The notes below the pieces were generated by a model, which was not told where the DNA came from, did not search any database, and worked only from the letters and a program-made list of their open reading frames with translations. A DNA stretch of 64,000 nucleotides from a virus. Positions within the stretch are counted from its first letter, which is position 1; every line of letters starts with the position of its first letter. Below are positions 59,150-64,000 of this stretch, piece by piece. The stretch spans positions 1 through 64,000 of IMG/VR virus record IMGVR_UViG_3300026189_000003; one strand, given 5' to 3'. A program made the translations under genes and the position numbers.

Positions 59150-59892
59150 TAAATAAATCCTCCTGAACCATCAGGATTACCTTTTTTAAGATGTTTTCCT
59201 GATCTAAAATCATTCAAATTAAATTTATCTCTAATTTGACTTGGCACTGGTGCATAAACTAGTTCCATCATTATTGCCATTTGTGCTGGAACATAACTTT
59301 GTGATGTTAATGTTTCTAAATCACCATATGATAATGTTTGTTTTGCAGATGATCTTCTTTCTCTTTCACTTGGTGGTAAATTTGTTACGTCAGCGGCTCT
59401 GCCGGTCGCACAAGATACATAATCTACATCTGCATCTAATCCAAAACTAACACTTCGTAATAGCACTGGAACTCTTTCAAACATATAAGATCCATATGCA
59501 CTGAATAATAATGTTGGTGGAGCAATACCTCTCTTGGCTTCGTTTTCACGTCCATAATAACTTAATGATACCACTCTTAAAAAATGTATAACTGCTAGTA
59601 AGTATCTTGCCTCACTTTGATCTTGTGCAGAAAAAGGTGCTACAACACTCATACTAGGAGAAGCTCTTCTGGCAAACGCATAGTAATCAAAGTTTGTTTG
59701 AGGTAAATTGTACTGTGAATATTCAACAGCCGTATGCATTATTTGAATACTTGGTGTGTATGGCATTAACAAACCGTTTGTATCTCTAATCGGTTTTAAG
59801 ATACCTTCTTCGCCTCGTTTACCGTAAATTTCATCTGTAGCATTAGGCTTTGCTTGTAGCCTTGCTCTAAAATCATGTTTAACTTCTGTCAT
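59149..59892 (-). CDS. Tail tube initiator/baseplate protein (gp48/gp54-like, putative)
   Basis: PYTPSI, HFLR, PPTLLFSAYG..VPV; context. Confidence 0.7.
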   Translation of the reverse strand: MTEVKHDFRARLQAKPNATDEIYGKRGEEGILKPIRDTNGLLMPYTPSIQIMHTAVEYSQYNLPQTNFDYYAFARRASPSMSVVAPFSAQDQSEARYLLAVIHFLRVVSLSYYGRENEAKRGIAPPTLLFSAYGSYMFERVPVLLRSVSFGLDADVDYVSCATGRAADVTNLPPSERERRSSAKQTLSYGDLETLTSQSYVPAQMAIMMELVYAPVPSQIRDKFNLNDFRSGKHLKKGNPDGSGGFI

Positions 59893-59897
59893 ATAGA

Positions 59898-59905
59898 TAT
59901 TTATA
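59898..59905 (-). promoter_or_regulatory. T4-type late promoter TATAAATA, 5 nt before ATG
   Basis: Exact motif; no room for an SD. Confidence 0.75.
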
Positions 59906-59946
59906 GAACTAATTAAATACAGTTATAAAAAAAGTAAGGAAATTGG

Positions 59947-59975
59947 TTGACTTCTAACGATTTTAACCTTATAGT
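59947..59975 (+). promoter_or_regulatory. sigma70-type promoter of the late sigma gene
   Basis: TTGACT-17-TATAGT, 7 nt before ATG 59983. Confidence 0.7.
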
Positions 59976-59982
59976 AGAACAT

Positions 59983-60822
59983 ATGAAAAGAGTTAATTAT
60001 CTAAACAACAAGGATATTCTAAAAGAAATACACAAAAGTAAGAATTCATTCTGCTCTTATGTAGATGTTGATGCGGACTGTCATTATGATTTAATCATTA
60101 AAGACACCATTGAGAACATGAATAAAACCAAAATGATGGAAGCTAGACGAGCCAGAGCGGCAAGATTAACTGTTCTTAAATGCGACGAATTAGGTGTTAC
60201 TAAGGCTAAATTGGGTTCAGAAGAAATTAAAACACAACACGTAAAAGAACAAGACGTTGTTATTAGAGTATATACGTATGATCATGTTCCAGATGATCCA
60301 GACAGAAAAACCAATCCTAAAACAGTTGCTGATACTAAAGTTAAATTAAACTTTATTCCTTTTAAACATTATCGATTAGATGATGAAGGCAATTGGAAAT
60401 TAGTTGGTAAATCGCATTGGCAAGGCGGCATGGAAAACGGTAGCTTTTCTTTAACACATGGTAAGATAACAAACAAGTTAGCTTTAATGTACATGAAACT
60501 TTGCCAAAGATATGGTAGCAGAGGTAACTGGCGAGGTTACACTTATAATGACGAAATGCAATCACAAGCACTATTACAATTAAGTCAAATTGGACTACAA
60601 TTTGATGAGTCCAAGAGTGCTAACCCATTTGCCTATTACACTGCCGCCATAACCAATTCATTTACCAGAGTATTAAATGTAGAAAAGAAACACCAAAATA
60701 TTAGAGACGATATTTTACAAGAAGCAGGATATAATCCATCTTACACAAGACAAATTGAAGACCAAATGAAACAGGCTCAAGCAGAGCTAGGACCTTCGAT
60801 TGACAATTACAACAAAAAGTAG
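59983..60822 (+). CDS. Late transcription sigma factor (T4 gp55-like)
   Basis: NYLNNK, NWRGYTYNDEM, FDESKSANPFAYYT; directly upstream of gp47/gp46 as in T4-like phages. Confidence 0.88.
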   Translation: MKRVNYLNNKDILKEIHKSKNSFCSYVDVDADCHYDLIIKDTIENMNKTKMMEARRARAARLTVLKCDELGVTKAKLGSEEIKTQHVKEQDVVIRVYTYDHVPDDPDRKTNPKTVADTKVKLNFIPFKHYRLDDEGNWKLVGKSHWQGGMENGSFSLTHGKITNKLALMYMKLCQRYGSRGNWRGYTYNDEMQSQALLQLSQIGLQFDESKSANPFAYYTAAITNSFTRVLNVEKKHQNIRDDILQEAGYNPSYTRQIEDQMKQAQAELGPSIDNYNKK

Positions 60823-60828
60823 TATAAT
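60800..60828 (+). promoter_or_regulatory. Consensus sigma70 promoter
   Basis: TTGACA-17-TATAAT. Confidence 0.85.
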
Positions 60829-60862
60829 CTAAAAACAACTTATAAGTTTGAGATTGAAAAAT

Positions 60863-61867
60863 ATGTTTAAAAAAGCGGCCTGTTTTACAGACATTCACTT
60901 TGGATTAAAGAATAATTCTAGGCAACACAATAACGACTGTGAAAACTTCGTTAAATGGTTTATTAAAGAAGCTAAAGAATGGGGTGCAGAAACCTGCATT
61001 TTCCTAGGCGACTGGCATCACCACAGATCATCAATCAACATTAGCACACTTAACTACTCAATCTCAAACTTGAAAAGATTAAGTGAGGCTTTTGAGAAAA
61101 CCTATTTTATTACAGGTAATCATGATTTGTTTTATAGAGATAAACGTGAAATATCATCTGTGGTGTTTGCTGAAGAAATTCCAAATATTGAAGTAGTCAA
61201 TGACATACTTGTAAAAGATGATGTTGCTATTGTGCCATGGCTGATTGGCAATGAATGGAAAAAAATACAAAAAATTAAATGCAAATATATGTTTGGTCAT
61301 TTTGAACTGCCAAACTTTAAAATGAATGCTATGGTAGAAATGCCAGATCATGGTGAGATACAGGCAACACATTTCAGTCATATTGAAAAAGTGTTTACTG
61401 GACATTTTCACAAAAGACAAACCAAAGGTAACATCAGTTACATTGGTAATCCGTTTGCCCATAATTATGCTGACGCATGGGATAACGATCGAGGTTGTAT
61501 GTTCCTTGAGTGGGACAAAGAGCCTCAGTTTAAGATATGGGCAGATGGACCGAAGTATAGAACTATTACACTCAGCAAACTTTTAGAATCACCAGCTGAT
61601 TATTTAGAACCGGAAACACACGTTCGTATAAAAATAGATATGGATGTCACATATGAAGAAGCAAACTTTATTAAAGAAAACTTTCAAAATACATATAGTT
61701 TGAGAGAGATCAGTTTGTTGCCTTACAAAGAAGTAGAAGATGAAATAGAGTTCCAAGGTGAAATTAAATTTCAAAGTGTTGACGAGATTGTTTTAGATCA
61801 GTTGACAAATATTGAATCAGACACATTTGACAACTCAGTATTGATAGAGATTTACAACAGACTATGA
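60863..61867 (+). CDS. Recombination nuclease gp47 (Mre11/SbcD)
   Basis: DIHFG, GDWHH, GNHD, FGHFE, GHFH. Confidence 0.93.
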   Translation: MFKKAACFTDIHFGLKNNSRQHNNDCENFVKWFIKEAKEWGAETCIFLGDWHHHRSSINISTLNYSISNLKRLSEAFEKTYFITGNHDLFYRDKREISSVVFAEEIPNIEVVNDILVKDDVAIVPWLIGNEWKKIQKIKCKYMFGHFELPNFKMNAMVEMPDHGEIQATHFSHIEKVFTGHFHKRQTKGNISYIGNPFAHNYADAWDNDRGCMFLEWDKEPQFKIWADGPKYRTITLSKLLESPADYLEPETHVRIKIDMDVTYEEANFIKENFQNTYSLREISLLPYKEVEDEIEFQGEIKFQSVDEIVLDQLTNIESDTFDNSVLIEIYNRL

Positions 61868-63645
61868 TAAAATTAAAGACGCTGACCATTAAGAACTTCA
61901 TGAGTGTGGGTGCCGCAACTCAGGTTGTCAAACTGGATCAACCCGGACTTACTCTGGTGTTAGGTAACAACTTAGATCTGGGTGGCGAGGGATCACGTAA
62001 TGGTACAGGTAAAACTACTATAATAAATGCATTGTCATTTGTGCTGTTTGGCGATGCTGTAACTAATATTAAACGTGATAATTTGATTAATAAAACTAAT
62101 CAAAAAGGCATGAGTGTTGGTTGTGAGTTTGAAGTCGGTGGACACAGTTACAGAATCGAACGAGGCAGGAAGCCTAACTATTTTAAATTCTTAGTTGACA
62201 ATTTAGAAGTAAATGAAAAAGACACTGATGAAGCACAAGGTGAAAATCGTTTAACACAAGATGAAATCAACAGAGTGTTTGGCATGAGCTTGCCTTTGTT
62301 TAAAAACATTATTGCATTAAACACATATAACCAGCCTTTTTTAGCAATGAAGCCTACAGAGCAACGTGCTATAATTGAAGAACTGTTGGGTATTACACAG
62401 CTATCGAATAAAGCAGATAGATTGAAAGAACAAATTACAAACAGCAAAAATGATATTAAAGCTGAAGAGTTACGTATTGAAGCTGTTAAAACATCTAATG
62501 AAAAGATTGAAGAAACAATCAGAAGATTTAAAATAAAAAGCCAAGCATGGCAAGATACAAAAGAAAACAATATTAAAAATTTGCAGAATGCAGTTGATGA
62601 ACTGACACAAATTGATATTGAACAAGAGCTAGAACAACATAAAAAATTAGCTGAATGGAAAGAGCTATCACAAGAAATACAAGGCTTTCAAAAACAACTT
62701 GATTATGATGTTAGAGAACAAACAAACGCACAAAAGCAAGTTGATCAATATAACGAACAGTTAAAAACTTTAGAAAACAAAACGTGTCCCATGTGTGAAC
62801 AACAAATACATGATGACACCGCTCATACAAAAGTAATTACTAATACACAACAACAAATACAAACACATACAACTACTATAACAACATTACAAGAAAGTAT
62901 TACACATACAAATAATCGCATACAACAACTAGGTGATCCGGGTGTGCGTCCAGAAACAAAATATCAAAATATTGATGATGCATATCAACACAAACAAAAT
63001 TTAAGTAACTTGCAAAATGATTTACAAAAAACTAAAGAAGAAACCAATCCGCACAGTGAACAGATTGAAACATTACAAACTAAAAATATTGAAGACATTG
63101 ATTACGGCATGATCAACAGTTTGACAAAATTAAAAGAACACCAAGAGTTTTTATACAGACTATTAACAAGCAAAGACTCATTTATTAGAAAAAAGATTAT
63201 TGATCAAAATTTATCTTACTTAAATGCAAGACTAAATCAATATTTAGAAGAACTAGGACTACCGCACGAAGTTGTATTCCAATCAGATCTAAGTGTTGAG
63301 ATAACCGAACTTGGTAGAGAACTTGATTTTGATAATTTAAGTCGAGGTGAAAGAAATAGATTAATACTCGGTTTGAGTTGGGCTTTCAGAGATATATTTG
63401 AATCAACTAATACTCCAATCAACTTATTGTTTATTGATGAGTTAATTGATAGTGGTATGGATACACAAGGTGTTGAATCAAGTATGGCTATTCTTAAAAA
63501 GATGACCAGAGAAAGACACAAAAACGTATTCTTAATTTCACATAAAGATGAACTTACTGGCAGAGTTAATAGTATTATGAATGTGGTTAAAGAAAATGGT
63601 TTCACATCATTTGGCGAAGACTTTGAAGTAGTTAGTGTCCACTAA
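61864..63645 (+). CDS. Recombination ATPase gp46 (Rad50/SbcC)
   Basis: NGTGKT Walker A, CPMC hook, LSRGE signature, FIDE, ISH. Confidence 0.95.
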   Translation: MIKLKTLTIKNFMSVGAATQVVKLDQPGLTLVLGNNLDLGGEGSRNGTGKTTIINALSFVLFGDAVTNIKRDNLINKTNQKGMSVGCEFEVGGHSYRIERGRKPNYFKFLVDNLEVNEKDTDEAQGENRLTQDEINRVFGMSLPLFKNIIALNTYNQPFLAMKPTEQRAIIEELLGITQLSNKADRLKEQITNSKNDIKAEELRIEAVKTSNEKIEETIRRFKIKSQAWQDTKENNIKNLQNAVDELTQIDIEQELEQHKKLAEWKELSQEIQGFQKQLDYDVREQTNAQKQVDQYNEQLKTLENKTCPMCEQQIHDDTAHTKVITNTQQQIQTHTTTITTLQESITHTNNRIQQLGDPGVRPETKYQNIDDAYQHKQNLSNLQNDLQKTKEETNPHSEQIETLQTKNIEDIDYGMINSLTKLKEHQEFLYRLLTSKDSFIRKKIIDQNLSYLNARLNQYLEELGLPHEVVFQSDLSVEITELGRELDFDNLSRGERNRLILGLSWAFRDIFESTNTPINLLFIDELIDSGMDTQGVESSMAILKKMTRERHKNVFLISHKDELTGRVNSIMNVVKENGFTSFGEDFEVVSVH

Positions 63646-63654
63646 ATATTTTAG

Positions 63655-64000
63655 ATGGACGATCTAAAAAAACATTTTACTCCTGATTACAATAACAAAG
63701 ATATATGGGATTGGTTAGCAGAAGATACCACTGTACCTTATGTTAAACTTGATATGCATATTCCATGGAAAGATATCTATGCTGAAGCACTTGCCATAAA
63801 AGACAAATGTATAGTGCATAGAGAAGATGAAGGTGGCGGTACTTGGAAAAGTATTTGTATACATGGTGTTGATGCAGAATATACAAATGACTGGATGTAC
63901 TATGATGGTAAATTTGAACAAGAGCCAGAATATAAATGGACATGGGTAGCCGATCAATGTCCTATTACAAAACAATTTTTTGAAAATATATTTCCTTATA
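63655..64000 (+). CDS. Asp/Asn beta-hydroxylase-like 2OG oxygenase (partial)
   Basis: Open frame to the window end: ...HREDEGGGTWKSICIHG...YKWT..ADQCPIT..F.NIFPY; TAAATA 6 nt upstream. Confidence 0.55.
   Translation, partial: MDDLKKHFTPDYNNKDIWDWLAEDTTVPYVKLDMHIPWKDIYAEALAIKDKCIVHREDEGGGTWKSICIHGVDAEYTNDWMYYDGKFEQEPEYKWTWVADQCPITKQFFENIFPY

Noticed and set aside
59947-59982. N-terminal extension of the sigma factor from a TTG start
   Set aside because: The TTG is part of the -35 box; ATG 59983 fits the conserved N-terminus
1-64000. Alternative genetic code, introns or inteins
   Set aside because: Standard code gives dense, coupled, full-length ORFs ending in TAA, TAG and TGA; no split genes or intein motifs seen

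Overview
This window is part of an AT-rich, large myovirus (T4-like jumbo/'huge' phage) genome read with the standard code. The host is probably a marine Alphaproteobacterium; the phage L33 looks SAR11-type, from recall. Layout: (1) 1-4.9 kb, + strand early genes behind sigma70-type promoters (secreted polysaccharide-lyase-fold protein, AAA ATPase, lipoprotein, SleB hydrolase). (2) 4.9-6.2 kb, largely non-coding, containing an iteron-like repeat array almost devoid of GA/TC dinucleotides. (3) 7.5-32 kb, a large modification-enzyme island: 5 radical SAM enzymes, 5 SGNH-like paralogs, 5 GT-B/GT10-like 'ITEK' paralogs, 3 GT-A-like proteins, a 2OG-Fe(II) oxygenase, a GNAT-like protein, RpiB and APRT, plus ribosomal protein L33, a SutA-like peptide and GH73/GH108 hydrolases. 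(4) 32.5-59.9 kb, tail fibre and baseplate genes, including a 3817-aa protein and gp6/gp25/gp5/gp53-like genes, interrupted by ClpP and small genes. (5) 60-64 kb, gp55-like late sigma factor, gp47/gp46 (Mre11/Rad50) and a partial hydroxylase. The best candidate for a novel system is the radical SAM/SGNH/glycosyltransferase island, co-oriented with and adjacent to the Ser/Thr-rich tail genes (putative virion glycosylation or glycan-tailoring pathway). No tRNA, rRNA or CRISPR array was found. All family calls come from motif recognition, not database searches.
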